From the NCBI GenBank assembly GCA_038087875.1, contig CM075998.1, positions 5,334,001 through 5,398,000 on the forward strand: 64,000 bases of DNA, read 5' to 3'. The position numbers were made by a program, and so were the translations under genes. The stretch comes from Malacoraja senta. Lineage: Eukaryota. Of the stretch, positions 44,640-57,779 are shown piece after piece; positions within the stretch are counted from its first letter, which is position 1; each line of letters begins with the position of its first letter. The notes under the pieces are model-generated. The model made no database searches and had not been told where the DNA came from. It worked only from the letters and a program-made list of their open reading frames with translations.

Positions 44640-47600
44640 ATCCATGCCGAATTATATGTAATATTAGCATTTAAACAAAGTACTTCCCATCTCCTTATGA
44701 GGAAATGTACTGCTTATTTGGTGCTATCCCTGCAATCTGCAGTGAGCACGTCCATGGTTTGGTTTGACAACCCGAGCCGCAGGAACGGTCTTCTCAGAGC
44801 CTGCAAGTCAATTAATTGATTTTATCATGCAGAGGATGGTTTCCCGAGTCACAGCTAAACCAGCAAATTTTTGTGTCTAAAAATAACCATATAAGGTTCT
44901 ATTATCATTCCCAACATCAGCGGGAACCATGGCTGTATAGGCCAGTCAGGTACTGCTAAAAAGCCTGAAGCGGGAACTTGATGAATTTTTTTCAAGACCC
45001 GTCTGATGAGGCAAAATGGAGGTAGACATAAAAGAACATTCCTCCCCAGTGTAGCGAGAATGCATCCATCGCCACTGCTATGCCACATATTTTTTGCAAC
45101 TGGTGATTGAGCCTGGATGCAAACATCTTGATCTTTAGTGTTCCATCGAGCCACAATGTCATTAAATACTTTGTAATCCAACATCCATTCTGTGTTGTCA
45201 TTGATTTTACATGATGATACACCAGTGCCAAATGAGGTTAGGTAAACTATCTTTGACTTGATTGCATCCATGTGATTAATATATACCACCACCAAAGTAT
45301 ATCAACTTGGACTTGAGCATGCAGATTATGCATATTCTTACAAAAACCTTTAACCCACAGAATGCACCTAGTGTCTATAGGTAGTTGATACCATATAACT
45401 GAAGAATTGGTAATTCATGCAAATCCCATCCGCTTCCGTAACTAGAGATGGTATTAGTAATTTTCCATCTTTGAGCAATAGCATCAGTTTGTAATTATAA
45501 CTGAAGATTTACTGACGAAAAGTTAGTGGAGCAATGCTGAATACTGTTCGTCCACCAGAGTGACTTTGATAGTTTCAGCTGGTAATAGCATAGGTCTGTT
45601 AACAATGACATACATGGTACTTGGGAGCTTACTCCTTTGCACACTGTAAGTTCTGATAATTCAAAGGCCTGAATAGCACAGCTGAAAAGCCAATATATTG
45701 CCAATTACACTTGATGAATAGAAGGCTGCTTGATAACAACAAGGTTGTTACAGGCTTAAATTAATTCCAATCTCTTGCCTCAGGGCGGAGTCACAGACAA
45801 ATTAATAGAGTTAAAGGTAAATCCCAATAATCAATAATTTCAGTTGGTATCAACTTAAATTTAACTGGATGGATGAGAAACCCAATTTCTCAAATATAGT
45901 TTTGTGGCTAATACAGCTAATTTAGCAAAATACAGCGTTTAGAATATCATCCAGTTTGGCCATAACAATTGTTTTTTAGCTCTGAGCAGCCAAAGCACTG
46001 GTTTTAGTAATTTGATAAATAACCTGGGAGCTGAAGTTAGCCCATTTTGCAACGCTTTTAACTGTTATCATTGCCCATCCAGCTAAATTTCAAATATCTC
46101 CGGTGATCCCTGTGAATGGAAACTGATCCCATGGAAGTTAGACAGTCACGGAGTTTCCTACTCAGAAATGTCTATACTGCACATGCGAGTTGAACCTGTT
46201 GACAATGAACAGGCCACGTCTGCCACAATTGCGAGCCTGCCTTGAAAGGCAACTCCTCTCGCTTGTATACTGTGCAGTATAAACTAATCTCATGTTATCA
46301 TTTTAATTTATAAACAGATCTGAATCTCATGTTATCATTGTCATTTGTACAAAAAACAAGTGTAAATATTACCAAATTGTAAATGGTCCACATACCCCAT
46401 GTTTCGGAAAGAACCAGACCCACCTACCTTCATGGTTATCGGTGGTTTTATGGTAAACCCAAAGGCCCCTGATGTGGGTTCTATTTCCATCCTTGATTTG
46501 GAGAGTAGGACTGCCGGGGTGCGTGGATCCCATATTTTTCCTGAGGACTGGTTTGGGCCTTGGCCTGATAGACCTGTACCCAGCTTTCAAGCTGCCACCA
46601 ACTTCAGTGAACCGCTTCCTGCCGATGGAGGCGTGGGGTGTGTTGTCGCCGACACAATGAAGCTTTGCTCGTCGTTGGCCTTGATTAGTCCGACAGCTTT
46701 TGTTTCCTCAACCCGGTCTTACCTGTTTGGACAGGTTTTCCGTGAAGAGAAAATTCGGCGGCTGGACATTGCTGGCCTTACGTGAGCCTGCAACTTGGAA
46801 TTTAAGGCAGGTCTGATGGCGTTCTATGTTCATTTTGAAGTGTGCATTGCACATCAACACCAGGCCAGTTTGTTGGAGTTTCATTTCCTGGGTTTTCAAG
46901 CCGCCTCCAAAATCACCCCAGATAGCGCTGTTCACTGCCGGCACTTTCAGGAACAATTTACAGGTGCATGGTATCTCACAGTCGGCACCTGTTCCTGTAA
47001 TGGTGTGGCGTGAGGTAGCTGCTGCTTCGCGAGGGGAACTCTGGCCCCTCCGGGTTTTCTGCCAATGGCTGGAAACCAACTCTTCCAGCAGGAGCTCCTT
47101 CGTTTGCGAGGATATTGCAACCCTTGATGCCATGACTGAAATTTCTGGAACCTCACGCATGTACTCCAGTATGTTCCCCGGACATACTTCCGAGTTTGGA
47201 GTCAGTTACCAACTGACACCTCGCACTCACCTTCACAGAGAGGGAGATTTGTAAGCAGCCCTGAAAGAGGTGCTGTCGCAGGCCCTCGAGGAGACCTGCG
47301 TTGATATGGCTCCTCCATGGACCATAACAGGATGGAGCATCACCTTAGTGGGATGAATGCCCTGCGGACGCTATCCATGCTCCATCTGGGTAAAGACGTC
47401 CGAGGACATACCCATGTCGGAGGGGAACCCCTGGCCTGACTTGTCCCAGTCTAGGCCTCTCAGATTCCATTTGGCTGTACCCCTCTGCGGGCTGCCGGAG
47501 TCTGAAGTCGCCGCCGGCTACCCGCACTTCCGTGGTCCGTAGCCGTGTCTTCCCACGGTCCCCGAAGCCGGGTTTCCCTGAGCCGGGTTCCCTGCGGTCT

Positions 47601-48010
47601 TCCCACGGCCCCCGAAGCCGGGTTTCCCCGCGGCCTTGTGTCTACACGCGGTCCCCGCAGCCGGCCTTCCCCGGGCCAGGTTTCCCCGCGGTTTCCGCAG
47701 CCGGGGTTCCCCCGCGGTCCCTGTAGACGGGATTCCCCGCGATGTCCGTAGTCGTGTTTCCCCGAGCCGGGTTTCCCCGCGGAGCCGGGATTTCGACCCC
47801 GGAACGTCTCCAGCAGGAACTCTGTAAAGAGCTTCCTGCAAGGAGACACAGACCTGGAAATAAGTAGAAAACTTACCTTCAGGTTTGAAACTTACCGCTG
47901 GCGGAGCAGCGCGCCTCCAGCCAGTCGTTGCGCAATGCGATAGACGATATGACGCGCATGCGGGCTGGCGGGCTCTTCACGTAGTCACTCACGTGACTCC
48001 GAAGTAAAAT
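44640..48010 (-). mobile_element. Degenerate DIRS-type (tyrosine recombinase) retrotransposon
   Basis: Minus strand: gag-like region about 46400-47400; RT SIHRDHRRYLKFSW..ALQNGLTSAPRLFIKLLKPV..LDDIL about 45940-46125; RNase H VVYINHM; methyltransferase-like LPPFCLIRRVLKKI..G.LAVPDWP.QPWFP (ORF 44855-45295); recombinase truncated. Confidence 0.85.
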
Positions 48011-48240
48011 TCCATAGATTCACAATTCTCTGGGTGAAAACGTTTTTCCTCATCTCAATCCTAAATGGTCTACCCCTTATTCTTAAACTGTGTGACCCCT
48101 GGTTCTGGACTCCCCTAAGATGAGGAACATTTTTCCTGCATCTAACCTGTCCAATCCCTTAAGAATTTTATATGTTTCTATTTAGGATCCCCTCTCGTCC
48201 TTCTAAATTCCAGTGAATACAAGCCCAGTCAATGCATTCT
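48011..48240 (-). mobile_element. CR1-clade LINE fragment
   Basis: Reverse complement of LYSLEFRR..RIVNLW. Confidence 0.8.
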
Positions 48241-48572
48241 GTACAAACTTAAAAACCGTTCCAGTAAAGAAAGCAGCACAAGATGTTTTTGTTGCAGAGT
48301 TAGATGATTTAGATATAATGGACACATTGGAAATCTGTTTTCAATGCCCTGGTCAGATTGTGTTGCACTTTGTCCATGCATGATCAGTCATAGGACTATG
48401 AAGACAAATGTACTGTGTGAGATGATATGGCCCAGAGCTTGCCAAGCATGTCACAATTAAGTTAGGCAATTGTCCTATACATACCTTATCCTTGAGGGTT
48501 TACTTACAGCAGCAGAGGCCAAGTCATGGAGTATTTTTTTACAGTGGAGATTGACAGGGTCTTGATTAGTAT

Positions 48573-48887
48573 AGTTTAGTTTAGAGATACAGAGCGGAAA
48601 CAGGCCCTTCGGCCCACCGAGTCTGTGCTGACCAGCGATCCCCGCACACTAACACTATCCTACACACACTTGGGACAATTTACTTTTATACCAGACCAAT
48701 TAACCTACAAGCCTGGCTGCCTGCATGTCTTTAGAGTGTGGGAGGAAACCGGAGCACCCGGATAAAAAACCACGCAGGTCACGGGGAGAACGTGCAAACT
48801 CCGTACAGATAGCACTGGTAGTCAGGATGGAACCTGGTTCACTGGCGCTGCGAGGCAGCAACTCTACCGCTGCGCCACCGTGCTGCC
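48573..48887 (-). mobile_element. HE1-like V-SINE
   Basis: Full reverse-complement copy. Confidence 0.9.
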
Positions 48888-48946
48888 CTAAACTGTAATT
48901 CCCATATAGGGAATCGAACCAGGGCAGCCTGGGTAAAAACCAGGAA

Positions 48947-49270
48947 GGGCGGCATGGTGGCGTAGTTGCTGCCTCACAGCAGAGTTGCTGCCTCACAGCA
49001 CTTTCAGCACCAGAGACCCGGGTGTGATCCTGACTACGGGTGATGTCTGTAGGGAGTTTGTACGTTCTCCCTGTGACCTCCGTGGGTTTTCTCCGAGATC
49101 TTCACTTTCCTCCCACACTCCAAAGACGTGCAGGTTTGTAAGTTAATTGTCTTGGTATAAACATTTTTAATTGTCCCTAGTGTTCATAGGATAGTGTTAG
49201 TGTGCAGGGATCACTGGTCAGTGCAGACTCGGTGGGCTGAAGGGCCTGTTTCCTCGCTTTGTCTCTAAAA
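48947..49270 (+). mobile_element. HE1-like V-SINE
   Basis: Head with a local duplication, V-domain, tail. Confidence 0.88.
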
Positions 49271-49764
49271 AACCCCTAAAAAAAATTTTTTTTTTAAACT
49301 AACCGCTCGCACATTTGGGAATGGATTAGTACGGGGGGCAGGGGTTATGGGGAGAAGGCAGGAGAATGGGGTTAGGAGGGGGCGATAGATCAGCCATGAT
49401 TGAATGGTGGAGTAGACTTAATGGGCCGAATGGCCTGATTCTGCTCTTATCACTTATGAACTTATGAACATGTAATTCGACTTGTGAGTTTTTCCTATGT
49501 AACCTGGTCAGACGTACAAAACGCTGTGACATTACAGCCCCTTTCTTCTCCTGTGTCTCAAAGCTGTTGAGTTTTCCAGTGCTTGATAGCGCGGCACGGT
49601 GGCGCAGCGGTAGAGTTGCAGCCTCACAGCGCCAGAGACCCGGGTTCCATTCCTGACTACGGGTGCTGTTTGTACGAAGTTTGTACGTTCTCCCCGTGAC
49701 CATGTGGGTTCCCTCCGGGTGCTCCGGCTTCCTCCCACATCCCAAAGACGTGCGGGTTTGTGGG

Positions 49765-51063
49765 CTCTTCTTCTTCTTGCGAATGTAACATAAACCAAAG
49801 GAATAGTTCGATCTCAAGCCGGGTGTTGAGCAGCCAGGTTGTTGTCTCTGTTGGCGTCAATGTCTGCCAGGCCCTGACACAGCTCCATTTGGTGGGTGGT
49901 AGAGCGGGCACCCAGAGATGACATGGTTGGCTGTCTGTTGTTCTGCTCCACATTCACAGGCTGGGCTCTGGCGGAGGGAGCCCCCATCTCCACACGCTGG
50001 CATTGAAACGCCCAACTCCAGTACCAAGTCTGTTGAGCTTCACCCATGCTCCTCTGGGGAGGTCAGACCCTGGACAGCTTTTATCTGGTGAAGAGATGTA
50101 GCTGTGTAATGGAGATGAGGTTGCCTTCCACTCCTGTGACCGCTTGGTGGCTATCCAGGGTGCTTTTGTCCCAGGTGGCTGGATGGACTTCAGTCGGGGT
50201 GTCCTCTGCTCTCTGCTGATAGCCTGATGGAGGAGGTGATCTGGGTCCATGGCACAACAAGATATTGCCAGAGTTGCTGCTTGCCTTCGGATCCCTGCAG
50301 GTGGAATGCCTGCAAGTATAGGGAGCTGCTCGACTGGAGTAGGTTGAAGGCACCCAGTGATGGTTCACAGGGTGCTGTTCAGGCTCGTGTCTACCAGGCT
50401 AGTATGTCTACTTCTACTCCCATACGGGTGTGCAGTACTCAGCTGGGGCATACACAAGAGCTAAGGCAGAGGTGTGAAGAGCTCCACAACTTGTTCCTGC
50501 CAGGCGTCGGATGAGGCCGCTACGTGCCAGGACCTTGTCGCGGAGACCAGCCACATGTTGACGAAATGTAAGCGAATTGTCCAGCTTTACGCCGAGGTAA
50601 GTGGGTGTTTGTTGGAAGTCCAAGCGCCTGTTGTTAACGAAGACAGCTAGCTCTCGCTTAGCTTCCTTGTTGTTCAGATGGAATACTGTTGTCACTGTTT
50701 TGCCTTCGCTCAGCTTTAGACGCCACTGTCGTGGGTATACTGCCAAAGTCCCCATGTCTTGACTCAAGGAGCTTTCGATTGTCTTCCACTCTTTGTGTCT
50801 CATCAGGATGGCTAGATCGTCAGCATACCCATATTTTCCAGCGATGGTCTCTGGGAGGTCATGGATGTACACGGTGAAAAGCAGCGGAGCCAGGACAGAT
50901 CCCTGTGGGGCGCCAGTCTTCAGTCTACGTAGCCTACTCTGCTGTCTATCACTGGTCTTAAACACAAAGCTGCGTTTTGATATCAGCTCCATGATGTAGC
51001 GTACCATGCGCCTATCCGCCAGCACCCGAAGTAGCTTTACAGTTAGTCCCCGGTGCCACACGA
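49765..51063 (-). mobile_element. 5'-truncated Vingi-like (Ingi-related) LINE inserted in a SINE
   Basis: ORF 50414-51157 has RT motifs GAPQGSVLAPLLF, YADD, FHLNNKEAKREL, PTYLGVKLD, AEYCTPVW; then LPRGAWVKLNRLGTGVGRF; no RNase H; 3' tail CATTCGCAAGAAGAAGAAG. SINE halves at 49591-49764 and 51064-51180. Confidence 0.8.
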
Positions 51064-51494
51064 CGTGTGGCCCTCTGTAAATTTCCCCTAGTGTGTGCAG
51101 GATAGCACAAGTGCATGGGTCAGCATAGACTCGATGGGCCGAAGGGCCTGTTTCCACGCTATATCTCTAAACTAAACTAAGCTATCTACAAACTAATACT
51201 GCCTAAAAAAAAGACCTTTAATAGACTTTAAAATGCTATAAAAAGATAAAGTCACCAACAAACATTTTTAATCATTAAACACAAACAATTTAAAAACAAA
51301 GTCGAACTATCCTATTCTTTACTTTCTTTCATAGAACCACCAGGGTCACAGAATAAGGAACAGTACACCACAGAAACAAGGCCACAATGTTCATGCCAAG
51401 CATGGTGCCGTTAAACAGATCTCCTCTGCCTGCACGTGATCCATCTTCCTCCATTCCCAGCATCTCCATGTGCCTATCTAAGTCTGAAGAAGGG

Positions 51495-51945
51495 TCACCT
51501 ATCCATGTTCTCCACAGATGCTGCCTGACCCGCTGAGTTACTCCAGCACTCTGTGAAACGTCACCTATCCATGTTCTCCACAGATGCTGCCTGACCCGCT
51601 GAGTTACTCCAGCACTCTGTGAAACGTCACCTATCCATGTTCTCCACAGATGCTGCCTGACCCGCTGAGTTACTCCAGCACTCTGTGAAACGTCACCTAT
51701 CCATGTTCTCCACAGATGCTGCCTGACCCGCTGAGTTACTCCAGCACTCTGTGAAACGTCACCTATCCATGTTCTCCACAGATGCTGCTTGACCCGCTGA
51801 GTTACTCCAGCACTCTGTGAAACGTCACCTATCCATGTTCTCCACAGATGCTGCCTGACCCGCTGAGTTACTCCAGCACTCTGTGAAACGTCACCTATCC
51901 ATGTTCTCCACAGATGCTGCCTGACCCGCTGAGTTACTCCAGCAC
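51495..51945. repeat. 66-bp tandem array (about 7 units, no cassette)
   Basis: Near-identical units, preceded by AGTCTGAAGAAGGGTC. Confidence 0.95.
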
Positions 51946-52420
51946 TTTTTTTGCCTATCTAAATGACTCTTAAATGCCACTGTGTTTCCATGGCCGACCC
52001 TGCCAATGCATTTCAGGCACCCACCACCCTCTGTATATAAAAATACTTGCTCGCACATCTCATTTAAATTCCCCCCTCTCACCTTATCGCTGTGCCCTCT
52101 AGTGTTGGTCATTTCCACCCTGGGGAAAAGGTTCTGACTGTCTACCCTGTCTATGCCTCTCATAATTTTACAGACTTAAGTCAGGTCTTGCCGACAACAT
52201 TCAGCATTCCAGAGTAAACCTCTCCATGTGGCCATGGTCCAGTGTCCTGGAGCTCATCAAGCAAGATTCCATCATTGGGTCTGGATTCCCACATTCAGAG
52301 ACGCACATCCAAAAAAGCCCACATGTGCAGGAAGGAACTGCAGATGCTGGTTTAAAGCAAAGGTAGACACAAAAAGCTGGAGTAACTCAGCGGGTCAGGC
52401 AGCAACTCTGGAGAGAAGGG

Positions 52421-52620
52421 NNNNNNNNNNNNNNNNNNNNNNNNNNNNNNNNNNNNNNNNNNNNNNNNNNNNNNNNNNNNNNNNNNNNNNNNNNNNNNNN
52501 NNNNNNNNNNNNNNNNNNNNNNNNNNNNNNNNNNNNNNNNNNNNNNNNNNNNNNNNNNNNNNNNNNNNNNNNNNNNNNNNNNNNNNNNNNNNNNNNNNNN
52601 NNNNNNNNNNNNNNNNNNNN
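52421..52620. other. Assembly gap (200 N)
   Basis: Run of N. Confidence 1.
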
Positions 52621-52794
52621 CTCCCTGTCTATCTACCCCGATGGTTTCCCAAATGGAACAAGGGGGCAAAGAATCCAGTGTAATGGACGTAATCTCTGAT
52701 GCCACCAGCGAACACAGTTTGCATTTATATTGAAGATAGACACAAAATGCTGGAGTAACTCTCAGCATCTCTGGAGAGGAGGAATGCGTGACTA

Positions 52795-53885
52795 GTTATA
52801 GGAGTCGAATTAGGCCATTCGGCCCATCGAGTCCACTCCGCCCATTCAATCATGGCTGATCTCGGCCTCCAAATCCCATTTTCCTGCCTTCCCCCCCATA
52901 ACCCTTGACACCCGTACTAATCAAGAATTTGTCTATCTCTGCCTTAAAAATATCCACTGACTTGGCCTTCAACAGCCCTCTGTGGCAATGAGTTTCCACA
53001 TTTTTAACTACCCCTCTGATTAAAGAAATTCCTCCTCACCTTTCTAAAAGAGCGCCCTTTAATTCTGAGGCTGTGACCTCGGTCCTAGACTCTCTCACCA
53101 GTGGAAACTATCCTCTCCACATCCACTCTATCTATGCCTTTTATTGTTCTGCAAGTTTCAATGAGATACGTTTTGGGTCGAGACCCTTCTTCAGACCCTT
53201 GCGTTTATATTGCACTATTAACCAGGCTATAATGGATCAGTGCGGGTGTCAGGGGTTATGGGGAGAAGGCAGGAGAATGGGGTTAGGAGGGAGAGATAGA
53301 TCAGCCATGATGGATTGGCGGAGTACACTTGATGGGCCGAATGGCCTAATTCTACTCCCTTGAACGTATGACCTTATGAAGTTGGAATTAGATAGAAGGG
53401 TCCCGACCTGAAACGTCATATTCACCCTCCTTATTGGTGGTCCATGGATCAATTTACAGTATTAGCACAGATAATTGGACACATGCAGGATTTGAATCCA
53501 AACCGGTTGAAAAGTTCTCTGGGAAGTTATCAAGCACCCAGGGCAACAATCCCCTATTGAAAAGAGGTCAGTATTTCAGACGAAATAAACTCTGCCATGC
53601 CCTCTACGTTCAGTCTGGGTCTAAACCCTACTTGCCCCGTGGCCCATTGTTTGCTTGTGACTATAAGGCCATAATGTCATAAGTGACAGGAGCAGAATTA
53701 GGCCATTCGGCCCTTCAAGTCTACTCCGCCATTCAATCATGGCTGATCTATCTCTCCCTCCTAACCCCATTCTCCTGCCTTCTCCCCATAACCTCTGACA
53801 CCCGTACTAATTAAGAATCTATGTATCTCTACCTTAAAAATATCCACTGACTTGGCCTCCACAGCCTCTGTGGTGAAGAATTCCA
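52795..53885. mobile_element. CR1 3' fragments (52795-53165 minus, 53240-53380 plus, 53680-53885 minus)
   Basis: CR1 3' UTR motif GGGCCGAATGGCCTAATTC and the ORF2 end. Confidence 0.75.
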
Positions 53886-54174
53886 CATGTGGCTTCATGT
53901 GGGTGAGAGGGACTTTGGTTATGAGGCTTGGAATGCCGAGATGAAGATTTAAATTTACCTCTCAATCTAAGTCCCTGAATATGTCCTCACTCTGTCTATC
54001 CCCCTTCTCCATGACTCCTGTCACTCATCTGTATCTCTCCACCTCTCTTTGCTCTCCTTTTCACCCTTTCTCACTCTGTTCTTCTCTTTGCCTGTCCGAA
54101 CACATGCTTGAAGTCTGAAGTCTGGTCCCGACCCAAAACATCGCCTGTCCATGTTCTCCAGAGATGCTGGGGGA

Positions 54175-54585
54175 GCCGAAGGATGAGGGGGGATCTTATA
54201 GAAACATATAAAATTATAAATGGTCTGGACAAGCTAGATGCTGGAAAAATGTTCCCAATGTTGGGCAAGTCCAGAACCAGGGACCACAGTCTTAGAATAA
54301 AAGGGAGGTCATTTAAGACTGAGGTGAGAAAAAACGTTTTCACCCAGAGAGTTGTGAATTTGTGGAATTCCCTGGCACAGAGGGCAGTGGAGGCCAAATC
54401 ACTGGATGGATTTAAGAGAGAGTTAGATAGCGCTCTAGGGGCTAGTGGAGTCAAGGGATATGGGGGAGAAGGCAGGCACGGGTTATTGACAGGGGACGGT
54501 CAGCCATGATCACAATGAATGGCGGTGATGGCTCGAAGGGCCGAATGGCCTCCTCCTGCAGCTATGTTTCTATGTTTCTATGTTT
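54175..54585 (+). mobile_element. CR1-clade LINE 3' fragment
   Basis: ORF 54108-54509 RRMRGDLIETYKI..RVVNLWNSL. Confidence 0.88.
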
Positions 54586-54772
54586 TTATGCTGCCTGACC
54601 GATTGAGACCCTTTGTGGCTTTTTTTTTGTAAACCAGCATCTGCAGTTCCTTGGATTTCCAAATGCTCATGAACAGTATTCCTACCCCCACCCCTCACTC
54701 TCTCTGTCTCTGCCTTTTGTCACGTTCCCTCTCGATCTCCCATCTGACTTTTTTACTTCTCTCTTTGACATG

Positions 54773-55076
54773 TTTAATTTAGAGGTACAGCATGAAAACA
54801 GGCCCTTCGGCCACCGAGTCCACGCCGACCACCAATCCTCGCACACTAACATTACCCCACACACCCGGGGGACAATTTACATTTATACCAAGCCAATTAA
54901 CCTACAAACCTGTACGTCTTTGGAGTGTGGGAGGAAACCGAAGATCTCGGAGAAACCCACACAGGTCACGGGGAGAACGTACAAACTCCGTACAGACAGC
55001 ACCCATAGTCGGGATCGAAACCAGGTCTCCGGCGCTGTGAGGCAGCAACTCTACCGCTGCGCCACCTTGGCCGCCC
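54773..55076 (-). mobile_element. HE1-like V-SINE
   Basis: Full reverse-complement copy. Confidence 0.9.
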
Positions 55077-55758
55077 CGATTAGGCAGATAGAACAATGAA
55101 ATCTTACTTGCAGCAGCACTATGGAATATGCAAACATAGTACACCGTAAATCATATTAAAAAACGAGAAAACAAGTTTAGTGTGTGTATATAGATGGCGT
55201 TAGCGTTGATGGAGGTGATAGGGCTTGCTCAAGGGATGTAGCAGAGAAAGCCTGCAAGGGGCGATGCCAGGCTAATCCAAGGCCAACCGAAGTCAGCCGC
55301 CTACATAAGTTCATAAGTTCAAGGAGTAGAATGAGGCCATTCGTCCCATCGAGCCTTGGTGTCCTTGTAGCTTCCTTCAGTACCAGGTCAGGCAGCATCT
55401 CTGGAGAACAAGGATCGCTTGGTTGAATTGGGAGAGCACATCATGGCTGATCTATCTCTCCCTATCAACCCCATTCTCCTGCCTTTTCACCACAACCTCT
55501 GACGCCCGAGAGACGCTTTGAGAGACGAGCCTTTGCAATGAGACAACAGTGTGTTTTCTTCACATACGCTGAACATTTCACAAAGGTGCTGGAGTAACTC
55601 AGCGGGTCACGCAGCACGTCTAGAGAATTGGTGACGTATTGGATCGGGATCCTTCTTCACACCGAAAGTAGGGGGTGGGGGGGGGGGGGAGAGCTGGAGG
55701 CGAGGAAAGACCAGGACCAAATAGACCCAGTGACAAATGACTTCAGGCAGGGACAGCT

Positions 55759-55951
55759 TTTACAGAAGCCAATTACCCAACAGACCCGCACGTCTTTGGA
55801 GTGTGGGAGGAAACCGGAGCACCGGGGGAAAACCCACGTGGTCACGGGGAGAACGTGCAAACTCCGTACAGACAGCGCCCGTAGTCAGGATGGGACCCAG
55901 GTCTCTGGCGCTGTGAGGCAGCAACTCTACCGCTGCGCCACCGTGCCGCCC
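55759..55951 (-). mobile_element. HE1-like V-SINE (5' half)
   Basis: Head and V-domain. Confidence 0.85.
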
Positions 55952-56639
55952 TACCCCTTTAACGAGTAGCATCTACATAGGATCAGCATTACTAGGTTAC
56001 TTGTGACACCAAGTATTATTTCTACAGGAACTGCACCTCCAACATGTTCAACAGACAAAATGTAATGAGTACCATATCCCAGAGCCATGATGCAGTACAA
56101 ATCAAATGCACACTCTAAAAGCTGCCAAGAAAATTCATTACTTAGTGGATTCATGTTCTTTAATGCATTGACTCCATGGCATTTAGAAAATTACAAAGCT
56201 TTTACAAGTTTTTCCTGCTTAACAAGTTCACAGCCAGACAGCCACATGCCTGCAGACCCTGTGTCTGCAAAGCATCAACAATCATTTTAACCTGACATCA
56301 AATAACATCATCATTTCTCAGCCGTAATTAAATGTTGCACAGATATACCTTGGTGTCCTTGTAGCTTCCTTCAGTACCAGGTCAGGCAGCATCTCTGGAG
56401 AACAAGGATCGCTTGGTTGAATTGGGAGAGGCACAGCGTGGAAACGGGCCCTTCGGCCCACCGAGCCTACCCCGATCACTGATCACACCTTCACATGTAC
56501 TCCCCTCTACACCCTCAATCCTCAATGCAGGCTCAGGATCCCAAACGACAACGTCTTCACAGATGCTGCTCAACCCACTGTGCCTCCAGCAGCTTGCTCT
56601 TTGCTTCAGTTCCCAACTTGGGCCTCTTTCTTTAGTTTA

Positions 56640-56878
56640 TTTTAGTTTAGTTTAGTTTAATTTAGAGATACTAGTTCTATGTTATCCCACTTTCTCAACC
56701 ACTCCCTACACACTAGGGGGCAATTTGCAGGGGCCGATTAACCTCCAAACCCGCACGTCTTTGGAATGTGGGTGGAAACCGGAGCACCCGGAGAAACCCA
56801 CGTGGTCACAGGGAGAACGTTCAAACTCCACACACAGATAGCACCCGAGGTCAGGATCGAACCCGGGTCTCTGGCACA
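56640..56878 (-). mobile_element. HE1-like V-SINE
   Basis: V-domain and B box. Confidence 0.82.
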
Positions 56879-57349
56879 GCCACCAGGTTCTACTTGTTCT
56901 ATCTGGCTTTGACTTATCACGGGAGGCCATTAAACCCATCAAAGTTCCTACTAGCTCCCAACAGAGCAATCCTATGGGTTTAATTTTAACCCCTCCCCTT
57001 AAATTCCCCGCAGTCTTTCAAATGATTCTCCCTAACATCCCCACGATCACTCACCTACACAAAATGTTCATTTAATTAACCTACCAATTGACCACGTCTT
57101 TAAGGCGGAAACCCGTGCACCTGGGGGGAAACCCACACAGCCACCAGGAGAATTTTAGACGTTAGACTTTAGACATACAGCATGGAAACAGGCCCTTCGG
57201 CCCACCGAGTCTGCACTGACTAGCGATCACACGTACAATAACACTATCCTACACACTAGGGAATTTACAGAGGGCCGATTAACCCACAAATTGCCAAAAC
57301 ATCACCTATCCATGTTCTCCAGAGATGCCGCCTGACCCATTGCGTTTTA

Positions 57350-57620
57350 TTTTGTTTACTTTAGAGATACAGCATGGAAACAGGCCCTTCGGCCCATCGA
57401 GTCCGCGCCGACCAGCGATCCCCGTACACTAGCACTATCCTACACACACTAGGGACAATTTACATTTATACCAAGCCAATTAACCAACAAACCTGCACGT
57501 CTTTGGAGTGTGGGAGGAAACCGGAGCGCCCGGAGAAAAACCACGTGGGTCACGGGGAGAACGTGCAAACAGTGTACAGACAGCACCCGTAGTTAGGATC
57601 GAACCCGGGTCTCTGGCACT
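57350..57620 (-). mobile_element. HE1-like V-SINE
   Basis: Tail, V-domain, B box. Confidence 0.85.
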
Positions 57621-57779
57621 GAATTATCCATTTTCATCCAGAGGACATGCAAACTCCACATAGACAGCATCGGATGTTGGGATCGAAGCACAGTCGCTGG
57701 AGCTGTGAGGCAGCGGCACTACCTGCTGCACCATGTTTTCCATCAACAGTGAGGATGTCGGGGGCGTTGAATGTAGGAG

